From a virus, in the IMG/VR virus record IMGVR_UViG_3300017971_000124, positions 1 to 42,737 of that record: DNA of 42,737 bases; one strand, given 5' to 3'. The notes below the pieces were generated by a model. The model did no database searches, was not told the origin of the DNA, and saw only the letters and a program-made list of their open reading frames with translations. The position numbers and the translations under genes were made by a program. Shown piece after piece: positions 8,539-16,343 of the stretch; position 1 is the first letter of the stretch; each line of letters starts with the position of its first letter.

Positions 8539-10331
8539 CAGCTCACCATCCGGGCATCCTGGCCGAGAATGCCGGCGAGAGGTGGTAGAGCCTGCTCTGC
8601 GTTACCGGGGATGCCTCCCCTCGCCAGCGACTCGGCATTCTGAATCTGCTCCAGGGCCGGATCACCGCCCGGGGCGCCCGGGGCCGCTTGCTCTTCTGGC
8701 GGCGCCAGGATCTTGTCGACCAGATCGTCGAGGATCTCTTCGACGCTGTTAGCGTCGTTTCGCATGAGCTTGAGACCTTCGGCAGCCAGAGTCGGGTCGC
8801 CCTGCTGCGACATCGCAAGGATGCCGCCCACGAGAGCGTCCTGGAAATCTTCACGGAGGATGCGAACCTCTTCGCCCTCCGGGTCCTGCATGAACGGGAT
8901 CTGCTCACGGGCTGTGCGCCTAGAGATGAGCCGGTTGGACAGGTGCATCGACAGCCGTACCTCGATGTTGGCGGGGTCGGAGCCGGCGCCGATACCGTAC
9001 GTGGCGGTGCAGCGGAAGTGCCCGTCAACGTCCTTCGAAGGCATGTACTCCTCGGCGCCCTGGTTGTCCTTCATGTCACCGACGATGACCTTCTCACCGT
9101 CGCAGAAAGTCTGGTCGAACGCCAGCATGAATCCGCCGAGCTTGCCGTACAGCAGCTCGAACTGCTTATGAGCCAGGGCAAGACGAGCGTCGAGGGCGCC
9201 CATCGAGGCGTTGATGCCACGGGCCGAAACGATACTTGCACCGGGGTCGCCAGAGAGCTGTTGCGGATATACGCCCTCCTTGGAGACTTCCTCCCCAAGA
9301 CGGGCCACGAGGTCCTTGACGTCAAAGTGGCTCGATGGACCGAGGCGCTCGATCTTGCCTTCGGACGAACGGAGCTGGATCACAGCAGCCGGTCCGAAGT
9401 CCTGTGGGTTGATCGCATCGTACGAGGCGATAGCCGGGAAGGCGTGCTCCTCAGTCGAGGCGATGGTCATGAGCATGAGGCGTTGCATGGTACGGAGGAT
9501 GTGGATGGCCTGGTCGAAGACGCCACGCCGCTCACCGTCAAAGGTAGGACGCACGGCCTCCCACGCAGGCACGAAGCCCAGCTCCCACTCCTCATCCACA
9601 ATCATGACGTTGCGGTTTACCTTGGCACCGTCCTTGGAGACATCTACGATTGCGTAGATGACCCTGTCCTTGGAGTACCAAAACCACTCCTCCACGTGAT
9701 CCTCTTTGGACTTGGAGAAGACATGGGACCATTGGGGGTACATGGCCTTGAGCTCCAGGCTGTTGATCTTGCGGGCAATCAGGAGCTCGGTGATGTTGCC
9801 GCTGTTGTCCTTGAGGAGGTACGTGTTGCGGGGGTCCCAGCGGACCATGAAGGGGTTGCGCTTGGCTGGGTCCGGCTCCTCGAAGTTGGCCCAGACACCT
9901 GCGACCGCAGAGCCTGTGCCGGCGTAATCGGCCCACAGCTTTGCCATGAGCTCTGAGCTGTTGCTGTCCTCGAAGAGACCACGGATGCGCCGCTCTCTCT
10001 TCCGAGCTGAGCTCTTCTCCTTGCGCAGGTCTGCGGCCTTGTTCTGTGGGGCGTCGATCGAGGGAAGGATCGAGCCGCCGATGGCGGACCAGTGGTCAAT
10101 GCCGAGCTCGACCATGTTGGCAACGGTCGGAGCCTCGGGACTCTGCGATAGGTCAGGCCACTCGGTGTACCAATCTCCGGTGGCTACGTTGTTGACGGTG
10201 GCGACCCTGGCCTTGTGTTCGGAAAACATCTTGACGAGCCAGTCACGCCGGTCTCGCAGCCCGCCGATGTGGGCGCCGACCATAGGCTGAAAGGAATCGA
10301 CAGGGGACGGTCCTGTGGTAGTTGAGCTCAT
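8538..10331 (-). CDS. Portal protein (putative), 597 aa
   Basis: The call rests on its size and its position immediately downstream of the large terminase. No diagnostic motif was read. Confidence 0.7.
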   Translation of the reverse strand: MSSTTTGPSPVDSFQPMVGAHIGGLRDRRDWLVKMFSEHKARVATVNNVATGDWYTEWPDLSQSPEAPTVANMVELGIDHWSAIGGSILPSIDAPQNKAADLRKEKSSARKRERRIRGLFEDSNSSELMAKLWADYAGTGSAVAGVWANFEEPDPAKRNPFMVRWDPRNTYLLKDNSGNITELLIARKINSLELKAMYPQWSHVFSKSKEDHVEEWFWYSKDRVIYAIVDVSKDGAKVNRNVMIVDEEWELGFVPAWEAVRPTFDGERRGVFDQAIHILRTMQRLMLMTIASTEEHAFPAIASYDAINPQDFGPAAVIQLRSSEGKIERLGPSSHFDVKDLVARLGEEVSKEGVYPQQLSGDPGASIVSARGINASMGALDARLALAHKQFELLYGKLGGFMLAFDQTFCDGEKVIVGDMKDNQGAEEYMPSKDVDGHFRCTATYGIGAGSDPANIEVRLSMHLSNRLISRRTAREQIPFMQDPEGEEVRILREDFQDALVGGILAMSQQGDPTLAAEGLKLMRNDANSVEEILDDLVDKILAPPEEQAAPGAPGGDPALEQIQNAESLARGGIPGNAEQALPPLAGILGQDARMVS

Positions 10332-10349
10332 GAACGCTATTGTAGCGTG

Positions 10350-12245
10350 TCAGCCACGGCGCCCTCGACGAGTCACCACCTGTGGGGCCCCTCGGCGCCT
10401 GGCGATCTCTTCCTGATTGAGTGGTTGGAGCTGGGCGTTGTCCGCTTCACCATTTGCTACCCACAGGGCCATGAGAGCGTCACCGGTAGGATCGGCCCAC
10501 GGGAACGTCGCCAGGTCATCGAGGAGTTGGTTCCACAGCTCTTCGTTGTCGGGGTTGCCCGAAGCGATCTGGATGAGGCCCGAGCCGATCATGCCCGACA
10601 GAGCGGCGATGCCGTACTCCTCATCCCACTTGTTCTTGCGCTTGCCTCGACCGGTCGTGTGGTGGTCGATGAGCTGCACGCCGTCGCCACGGGTCCGCTT
10701 GACGAGGGTCTCGTCCCCGAGCAGCGTCTTGGCGAAGTTGGTCTCTACCACCACGACATCGATGGAGTGCTGCAGGGCCTTGTACTTCTCGATGAACTGG
10801 TAGATCAGCTTCTCCCTCACCCCCGTGGCGCCGAGGTGAGTGCCGACGAACATGTCGATGACGGTCCGCACCTTCGTGATCGGGTCCACAGCCAGGAGGA
10901 CCGCAGCGGCCCGGCCGGTCGTGGCGGGGTCGATGCCCAACACGAGGCGCTCGTGCTGGAGCACCTGACCGAACTTGCGGTGCCGGCCGTTCTCGACCAT
11001 GAGGTCACGCAGCATCTCGGAGAAGATAGCGGTCCCCTCCTCGACGTCCTCCTGCTGGTAGATGAGCTTCCACCGCTGAATGGACTTCCGGGCGAGGAGG
11101 TCCCTCATGTCTCTCATGCCCATCTGATACCCAGTGATGACATCCTGTGTGGTGCCGTCCTTCATGTCGATGGTCTCAACGATGTCGTACCCGTCGAGGG
11201 TCCAGTACTCGGGCCAGTTCACCCGCTCCTGGTCGGTATGCTCATCGAGGATGGCCGGGATGATGACCTGCCTGAACAGGCGCTGCCCCGCCCATGCCTT
11301 CTTCCACTGGCCGTACAGGTCCTGCGGGATCAGCCTCGTCCCGTTGACGATCGTCTGACCCTTCTGAGCACGGCTGCGAGCCTCGCCATCAAACCAGTTG
11401 TCGATCCGCTCCCGGGAGATCTCCGATACCTGATTGTCCTGAACAAGTGCGTCGTCGAGGATGAGATGATCCAGGCGTGACCCGTAGATGAGCTTACCGA
11501 TTCCGAGGGCTTGTACCGAAGGGTCTCGTTCACCTGACTTGCGGTGTCGAATGAAGAACTGATTCTGGGACCACTCCATGTCACCATGAAGGGGCTTCCA
11601 ACCGTTGAAATCGATGATGAGGTTTTGTGGTGCGTCGTCATAGAGATGCTCTTCTGTCAGGTACCTCTTGATTCTAGTCAGGAGGTCCTGGGCCTTCGTG
11701 CTGTTCTTGGTGACGATGGCGGTCCGCTCGTCGAAGTTGCGAGCGAGGCAGTAGAGCACGTACCACAGGGAGACGATGGTTGACTTGCCCGACTCGGGGT
11801 GGCCGAGGATGAGGACCACCTTGGCGAGCGGGTCCTCCAGTGCGTCCTCGATTTCGAGCTGGTGGCGGACGAGGGTGAAGCCTCCGTAGCGCTCGACGAA
11901 CTCGGAGAACCGCATGGCCCCGAGGTCAGGGGTCTCCAGCAGTGCGATCTCAGAGGTTGAGATCTGGCGGGCCTGGTCAGCCCACTCGGTTTCCTTCGCA
12001 GAAAGCTGGGCCCACCACCTGTAGGTGTAGCCCAGCCGTTCCGCTGCTTGCGTGAAGTTGTATCCGTGGCCCACGAGAACGAGGAAGTTCTCCATGGCCC
12101 ATTCCTTGTACTTCTTGGTGCCCTTCTTGCCCGGAGCCTTAGGTATCCAAACCTCAGGGAGGTTGTCTCCCTTGAATCCGTGCTGTGCTTTAGACGGAGT
12201 CCAGAGCTCCCTCTTCGCTCGGGCTGGGCCGGCGTCTGATGACAT
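10350..12245 (-). CDS. terL: Terminase large subunit with an N-terminal TerS-like HTH extension, 631 aa
   Basis: It has Walker A GHPESGKST, Walker B LDHLILDD and an RNaseH-like nuclease segment LGIDPATTGRAAAVLLAVD. The N-terminal ~110 aa (KKGTKKYKEWAMENFLVLVGHGYNFTQAAERLGYTYRWW) resembles small-terminase HTH regions. Confidence 0.9.
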   Translation of the reverse strand: MSSDAGPARAKRELWTPSKAQHGFKGDNLPEVWIPKAPGKKGTKKYKEWAMENFLVLVGHGYNFTQAAERLGYTYRWWAQLSAKETEWADQARQISTSEIALLETPDLGAMRFSEFVERYGGFTLVRHQLEIEDALEDPLAKVVLILGHPESGKSTIVSLWYVLYCLARNFDERTAIVTKNSTKAQDLLTRIKRYLTEEHLYDDAPQNLIIDFNGWKPLHGDMEWSQNQFFIRHRKSGERDPSVQALGIGKLIYGSRLDHLILDDALVQDNQVSEISRERIDNWFDGEARSRAQKGQTIVNGTRLIPQDLYGQWKKAWAGQRLFRQVIIPAILDEHTDQERVNWPEYWTLDGYDIVETIDMKDGTTQDVITGYQMGMRDMRDLLARKSIQRWKLIYQQEDVEEGTAIFSEMLRDLMVENGRHRKFGQVLQHERLVLGIDPATTGRAAAVLLAVDPITKVRTVIDMFVGTHLGATGVREKLIYQFIEKYKALQHSIDVVVVETNFAKTLLGDETLVKRTRGDGVQLIDHHTTGRGKRKNKWDEEYGIAALSGMIGSGLIQIASGNPDNEELWNQLLDDLATFPWADPTGDALMALWVANGEADNAQLQPLNQEEIARRRGAPQVVTRRGRRG

Positions 12246-12453
12246 CGATGACCTTCATGTCTGCTACGTAGTGGACACCATTGTAGCGGAATGAATCCTC
12301 GTCGACCTCCACCTCGACAATCCAGGCGGTAGCCATGCCCCGGGGGAGGACAACCCGGGGCATGGTCAGGATCTTGTGAGGGAAGATGTCATAGAACCGA
12401 AACCAGGCGTGCTTGCGGCTGGTGCCGAGGAGCTCGGCATGTACCCGCTTCAC
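12190..12453 (-). CDS. Small hypothetical protein (87 aa from a GTG start, or 57 aa from an internal ATG)
   Basis: The GTG overlaps the upstream stop (GTGA). The ORF overlaps the terL start by 56 nt. It is the C-terminal part of track ORF 12190..12696. Confidence 0.35.
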   Translation of the reverse strand: MKRVHAELLGTSRKHAWFRFYDIFPHKILTMPRVVLPRGMATAWIVEVEVDEDSFRYNGVHYVADMKVIDVIRRRPSPSEEGALDSV

Positions 12454-12863
12454 TCCACTACCCAGTCGTAAACGAAGTCTTGTGGAATGACCCTGGCAGG
12501 GGCCGTGGTGACAGGCGGGTGTTTGTCGGGCCGGTCGTCGAACTCGGCGTACTGTGGGTCCTGGCTGAAGGTGTGCAGGACCATGCTGTGCCATGCCACA
12601 TGTGCCAGGTGAGGCAGTCCGCTCTCTTTGTCGTAGACCTCTCCTGCCCAGAAGGCATGGAGGTGCCGAAGCAGGGCCCCGTACGACAGCCGCCACGAGT
12701 AGCCCTTGCGCCAGTTGTCGTCATCGTACTTCTCGGCGCCCATGCCACACACGAGTCCGAGCTGCTCCAGCCACGGCACGGCTATCAGGTCCTGGCGGTT
12801 CGGCTTCTGCCCCTTCTGTCCGCCTGTGTAGCTCGTCTTCCGCACCTCACCGGTCATATCCAT
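12450..12863 (-). CDS. dATP/dGTP diphosphohydrolase N-terminal-like domain protein, 137 aa
   Basis: GGQKGQKPNRQDLIAVPWLEQLGLVCGMGAEKYDDDNWRKGY...LLRHLHAFWAGEVYDKESGLPHLAHVAWH matches the remembered pattern of this phage domain family (GG.K...GKPr.dLip...l..la.v...GaeKY...NWrkG...HL.Ha). Confidence 0.6.
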   Translation of the reverse strand: MDMTGEVRKTSYTGGQKGQKPNRQDLIAVPWLEQLGLVCGMGAEKYDDDNWRKGYSWRLSYGALLRHLHAFWAGEVYDKESGLPHLAHVAWHSMVLHTFSQDPQYAEFDDRPDKHPPVTTAPARVIPQDFVYDWVVE

Positions 12864-12952
12864 CTCCTACCGAATCCGGTCCAGCATTCTGTTCCAGCCA
12901 GGCACTAAGTCCTGCATCGTTAACCGTGCCGTTGTCATGAAATGGGTGTTCG

Positions 12953-13339
12953 CTACTCGTCAGACACTTCAGACACAGCGTCATCTTCGTCCTCCTCGAT
13001 GTCTTCGTGCGGTATCAAGGCCACGATGAGGGCCCCGTTCTCACCCTGGACACGCTCGACCCGCTGATAGAGCTCGCTGAGCTCTTCCAGGGTGCCGGCA
13101 GGCACCTCGACCGACAGGTTGTCGGTGACGTACATGATCGTCGCCGCCAGAGTGTCGGCTGCCTGGAGCCGCTGCTGGGCCTCCAGGAGCTCCTGCTCTG
13201 CCTGGCGGTACATCTGCCGCATGTTCAGGGTCGCCATGCGGGCTTGACCTAGCTCAGACTGCAGAGCCTTGATGGTCCGTTGGGCCTTTCCGAGGGAGCT
13301 CTGTCGCTGGGTGGTCCGCTTACTTGCCTTGCTGCTCAT
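12953..13339 (-). CDS. Coiled-coil protein with an acidic C-terminus, 128 aa
   Basis: An ORF with heptad-like Q/E/L-rich sequence and a DIEEDEDDAVSEVSDE tail. Confidence 0.65.
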   Translation of the reverse strand: MSSKASKRTTQRQSSLGKAQRTIKALQSELGQARMATLNMRQMYRQAEQELLEAQQRLQAADTLAATIMYVTDNLSVEVPAGTLEELSELYQRVERVQGENGALIVALIPHEDIEEDEDDAVSEVSDE

Positions 13340-13632
13340 GTGTTCCTCCTAAGTATGTGGGTCACGAGCGTGTACGGGATGTCATGATAGTCACCCTGGT
13401 ACTGATACGTTGCCATGAACTGCCCGGGGATCGGGCTGTCCTGTAGCTCGCCCACAATCCTGTAAACGTGGGCGGTGAGCTTCTGCTCTGTAGCATTTGC
13501 CTGGTCGACAATGGTGACATCCGTGGGTGGGCTATCCTTCTCGTAGATACCAACGTCCATGCTGGTCATCTCTCCGTTGAAGGGTCCTCCTTGCAGGATT
13601 GTGTGCAACCTCATGTAGTGGTCAACCCCCAC
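13336..13632 (-). CDS. Hypothetical protein, 98 aa
   Basis: An ORF with an ATGA overlap onto the downstream gene. Confidence 0.6.
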   Translation of the reverse strand: MGVDHYMRLHTILQGGPFNGEMTSMDVGIYEKDSPPTDVTIVDQANATEQKLTAHVYRIVGELQDSPIPGQFMATYQYQGDYHDIPYTLVTHILRRNT

Positions 13633-13656
13633 AGGGCGGGATTTATTCCCGTCCTG

Positions 13657-14769
13657 TCATAGTTCCTCGGGTTCTTGGGCGCATTCCTTCTTCCAGCCTG
13701 AGATGGTGCCCACGGACACGTTGTACTGTTTGGCTAGCTGCCTGGTGGAGACTCCGCCCAGCTTGCCGGCTGTCCAGTCCTGCAGGAACTGGGTCTTCTG
13801 TGGGTTCATCTTACGGCCCCGCTTCTTCTCGTCACCCGGCAGGTAGTGACCCTCTTCGATCCACTGCCAATCGGTGTACAGCAGGTTCTTCTCTTTCCAC
13901 TCTCGGGCCATGGAGCGGAAGTCTGGGCTCACAGACACACGATACGAGGTCTGGCCCTTGATGACGGCCTCCTCTCCCTTCTGCAGTAGCCAGAGCTGCG
14001 GGGCCCAGCCGTGGATCAGGTTCGATCCCATGATCTTGTGACCCCCCGAGGCGCTCTTAGACTTGTTGTTGTGGTGGATCAGGATGATTTGGCACCCTGT
14101 TTCCTCGGTGAGGCGGTCCAGACTGGTCGTGACATGAGCGATAGCCTTGTCATCGTTCAGCCCGGACCCCTCGGTCTGGATCTTGTACAGCGGGTCCAGT
14201 ACCAGATACTCGATCTCGTTCTGTACGATCTGGTCCTTGATGGCCTCGACGTTCTCCTCAGTGACCGTGAACCCCGGGCGGGGCCGCACGAGCAGCTTCT
14301 TACGGGTCTGGAGCTCCTTCCCTGACCTCTGGAACTTCCGTTCTGCCCCCTTGGCGCTCGGTTGCACAATGGAGCCGTAGCCCTGGCGGGCGAGGGTCTC
14401 CATGGCGTGCCGGCGGACGTCTTCGAGGGTGTTCTCCTCGTGCATGTAGAGGACGTTCTTGGGGGTCCCGAGGTACGGGTATCGGCCCAGGAACGGCTCT
14501 CCGGTCGCCAGGGTCCATGCGAGCTGCATAGCGATGGTTGATTTGAACGATTTGGGGTCCCCGTTGATGAGGAGGCCCATACCGGACACCAACCATCCAG
14601 GGATCAGCCATTCCGGCTCTGACAGGGGCCAGGAGGCGAGATCGAAGAAATCGACCCCGTCCTCCCGGGCTGTGCGCCTTAGTTGCTCCTGGAGCTCATG
14701 GTCCTTGACCTTCTGCTCCCATTCTAGGTCCTCAGCGAGGATCTTGAACTTGCGTGGTGTTGCTGGCAT
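13657..14769 (-). CDS. RecA-fold ATPase of the RepA/AAA_25 type (putative replicative helicase) with a C-terminal HTH, 370 aa
   Basis: It has the P-loop region LLINGDPKSFKSTIAMQLAW, Walker B YLVLDPLYK and the C-terminal HTH VSTRQLAKQYNVSVGTISGWKKE. The RBS GAGGAGAG precedes the ATG. Confidence 0.7.
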   Translation of the reverse strand: MPATPRKFKILAEDLEWEQKVKDHELQEQLRRTAREDGVDFFDLASWPLSEPEWLIPGWLVSGMGLLINGDPKSFKSTIAMQLAWTLATGEPFLGRYPYLGTPKNVLYMHEENTLEDVRRHAMETLARQGYGSIVQPSAKGAERKFQRSGKELQTRKKLLVRPRPGFTVTEENVEAIKDQIVQNEIEYLVLDPLYKIQTEGSGLNDDKAIAHVTTSLDRLTEETGCQIILIHHNNKSKSASGGHKIMGSNLIHGWAPQLWLLQKGEEAVIKGQTSYRVSVSPDFRSMAREWKEKNLLYTDWQWIEEGHYLPGDEKKRGRKMNPQKTQFLQDWTAGKLGGVSTRQLAKQYNVSVGTISGWKKECAQEPEEL

Positions 14770-14775
14770 CTCTCC

Positions 14776-14916
14776 TCAGGTCTGTATCTCGTGGCACTCG
14801 TCATGCGCCAAGTAGTCCTTGTTGCCTTGGAACTCCTCGCCTAGGAAGATCACACCGCCGCACCAGTGGCAGACAGGCAACCGGATGTCACCCATGTCCC
14901 TGTACTCGATCGCCAC
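14776..14916 (-). CDS. Zinc-ribbon-like mini-protein (46 aa from GTG 14916, or 39 aa from ATG 14895)
   Basis: Hand translation gives VAIEYRDMGDIRLPVCHWCGGVIFLGEEFQGNKDYLAHDECHEIQT (CxxC ... HxxC). The GTG overlaps the upstream TAG. It is too short for the ORF track. Confidence 0.45.
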   Translation of the reverse strand: MAIEYRDMGDIRLPVCHWCGGVIFLGEEFQGNKDYLAHDECHEIQT

Positions 14917-15038
14917 TAGTACCACTCCAGGAGGCCACCGCACACAGGGCAGCGCTCGTCAGTGAAGCCCTCCTCCTGTGCCTCGGTGAACTCCTCGTCG
15001 CAGACGGTGCAGTAGTAGATGGTTTCGTCACTCAGCAT
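14916..15038 (-). CDS. Zinc-ribbon mini-protein, 40 aa
   Basis: Hand translation gives MLSDETIYYCTVCDEEFTEAQEEGFTDERCPVCGGLLEWY (CxxC...CxxC). It is too short for the ORF track. Confidence 0.5.
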   Translation of the reverse strand: MLSDETIYYCTVCDEEFTEAQEEGFTDERCPVCGGLLEWY

Positions 15039-15267
15039 CGGGAAACAGCTCCAGTATTGCGATGTTCTTGGCGACCTCTAGGGCGCCGATGGCCTGACAA
15101 CCACCCATGTGCTGGGCGTTGTACACAGTGATCTCCTCGTCACCGTTCGGATGGTTCCACAAGACCACGCTCAGCGCAGCCATCGGAAGCAGCCCGGGGG
15201 TGCTCGGCCGGTGGTAGCCGGCCAAGACATCCAGCGGAGACCGGTCTTCGTCTATCGGTTCGTGCAT
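15028..15267 (-). CDS. Hypothetical protein, 79 aa (internal ATG of track ORF 15028..15438)
   Basis: The ATG at 15267 overlaps the TAA of the upstream gene (TAATG). The part of the track ORF upstream of this is Arg/Gly-rich junk that overlaps that upstream gene. Confidence 0.55.
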   Translation of the reverse strand: MHEPIDEDRSPLDVLAGYHRPSTPGLLPMAALSVVLWNHPNGDEEITVYNAQHMGGCQAIGALEVAKNIAILELFPDAE

Positions 15268-15509
15268 TACGACAACTTCTTCCCGATCACGTATGTGATC
15301 CTCTTGAACCCGGCACCCACCTGAACGACGGGCTCCAGTTTGACGAGCACAGCCTGCACCACCTCGGGCCGGGTGCTCTTCAGGTGCTCGATGTAGTTCT
15401 CGGCCGACTCCCGACAAGCGAAGTGGACCTTGTGCCACCCCTCGGACTGCCGCACCTGAACGATGTAGCTGTCAATGATGGGGGGCGGAGTGTGACTAGC
15501 TCTCATCAC
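15267..15509 (-). CDS. Hypothetical protein, 79-80 aa
   Basis: An ORF starting at GTG 15509 or ATG 15506, coupled to its neighbours. Confidence 0.55.
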   Translation of the reverse strand: MMRASHTPPPIIDSYIVQVRQSEGWHKVHFACRESAENYIEHLKSTRPEVVQAVLVKLEPVVQVGAGFKRITYVIGKKLS

Positions 15510-15682
15510 TTAGTCGTCAGGATCGTGTTACGGGCCTGGTCCACCAGGAGCTGCGCATGAGCGAGTCGGTTAGCGGCGAGTTGTGCATACACAGAGGCCA
15601 TCTCTGTTTGCTGCTTGACCACCAGGTCCACAGCACGAGCCTGATGCAGCTCGACGAGCTCCAGAAGGTCGCTGACTGTCAC
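15506..15682 (-). CDS. Small helical hypothetical protein, 58 aa
   Basis: The GTG start overlaps the upstream TGA (GTGA). Hand translation gives VTVSDLLELVELHQARAVDLVVKQQTEMASVYAQLAANRLAHAQLLVDQARNTILTTK. Confidence 0.4.
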   Translation of the reverse strand: MTVSDLLELVELHQARAVDLVVKQQTEMASVYAQLAANRLAHAQLLVDQARNTILTTK

Positions 15683-16074
15683 AGCTGCCCCAACAAGTCG
15701 CCGTACGCCTCATAGGCAGCACGCACATACTCGAAGATGTCATCGTACTTCACATCGGCGGTACGAGTGACCTTCGGCGCCTCATCGGCGACCGGGCCGA
15801 GCTTGGCGTTAGGCAGCGGCAACGTCACGCCACCCGGGAAATAGGCGACAAGATCCGCACGCAACTCAGCGAGCTTCCGCTCCAACCGCTCCTCCTTCGC
15901 CGCCTCCAACTGGCCCTCCAACCGGGCCCGCAACTCAACAGCCCCAGTCGGGATCTGCGACGGCGCCTGATGCCTCGGCGACACAATCCCGTCCAACCTC
16001 ACCTTCGCATCACCCAGGAACTGAATGAACCGCTCCTCAACCTCATCGTACGAAGAATCATACGGATTACTCAT
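15679..16074 (-). CDS. Hypothetical protein, 131 aa (internal ATG of track ORF 15679..16287)
   Basis: The ATG at 16074 is preceded by a GGAGG RBS. The sequence begins MSNPYDSSYDEVEERFIQF.... Confidence 0.6.
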   Translation of the reverse strand: MSNPYDSSYDEVEERFIQFLGDAKVRLDGIVSPRHQAPSQIPTGAVELRARLEGQLEAAKEERLERKLAELRADLVAYFPGGVTLPLPNAKLGPVADEAPKVTRTADVKYDDIFEYVRAAYEAYGDLLGQL

Positions 16075-16084
16075 CTCTGACCTC

Positions 16085-16240
16085 CTAGTCAGTACTATCA
16101 ACACGGTCCAGCCTAACGGCCACGCCATCATAGCGCCGCCGCCGCTCCCGCTCCTCACGGATCTGCCGCATCTCATCACGCAGCCAAACCCCATACTCAT
16201 CCCAACTCTCAAAGATCCTCTCTGCCTGATTTCTGAACAT
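16085..16240 (-). CDS. First gene of the leftward arm: small Arg/Glu-rich protein, 51 aa
   Basis: Hand translation gives MFRNQAERIFESWDEYGVWLRDEMRQIREERERRRRYDGVAVRLDRVDSTD. Its TAG lies inside the RBS of the next gene. Confidence 0.4.
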   Translation of the reverse strand: MFRNQAERIFESWDEYGVWLRDEMRQIREERERRRRYDGVAVRLDRVDSTD

Positions 16241-16273
16241 ATCCACACTGACTGCAACCTTCCTGTGGCACCG

Positions 16274-16302
16274 ATTATTCCCACCAAAGTGTTCAGTGTT
16301 CA
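16274..16302 (-). promoter_or_regulatory. Candidate housekeeping-sigma-type promoter for the leftward arm
   Basis: On the minus strand: TGAACA (16302-16297), a 17-nt spacer, then AATAAT (16279-16274), about 35 nt upstream of ATG 16240. The -35 element lies inside the GTGTTCA tandem repeat. Confidence 0.35.
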
Positions 16303-16309
16303 GTGTTCA
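16289..16309. repeat. Perfect tandem triplet of the heptamer GTGTTCA
   Basis: GTGTTCAGTGTTCAGTGTTCA is read directly at 16289-16309. Confidence 0.95.
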
Positions 16310-16342
16310 ACCCCTAAAGGGGGGAATTATTGAACTGAACAC
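16296..16342. promoter_or_regulatory. Composite inverted repeat or hairpin: GTGTTCAGTGTTCAA / CCCC-TAAA-GGGG / TTGAACTGAACAC
   Basis: The right arm 16330-16342 is the reverse complement of the left arm apart from a 2-nt bulge. The central CCCCTAAAGGGG sits at 16311-16322. Confidence 0.7.
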
Positions 16343-16343
16343 T

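Noticed and set aside
8688-11480. Plus-strand ORFs of 377-422 aa antisense to the portal and terminase genes
   Set aside because: This is the same GC-frame artefact. The minus-strand products carry terminase motifs and the expected synteny.
12190-12696. The 168-aa track ORF overlapping the diphosphohydrolase-like gene
   Set aside because: Its N-terminal two thirds are Arg/Pro/Gly-rich junk in the alternative frame of a gene with a recognisable domain. Only the 3' part (12190..12453) is kept, as a low-confidence small gene.
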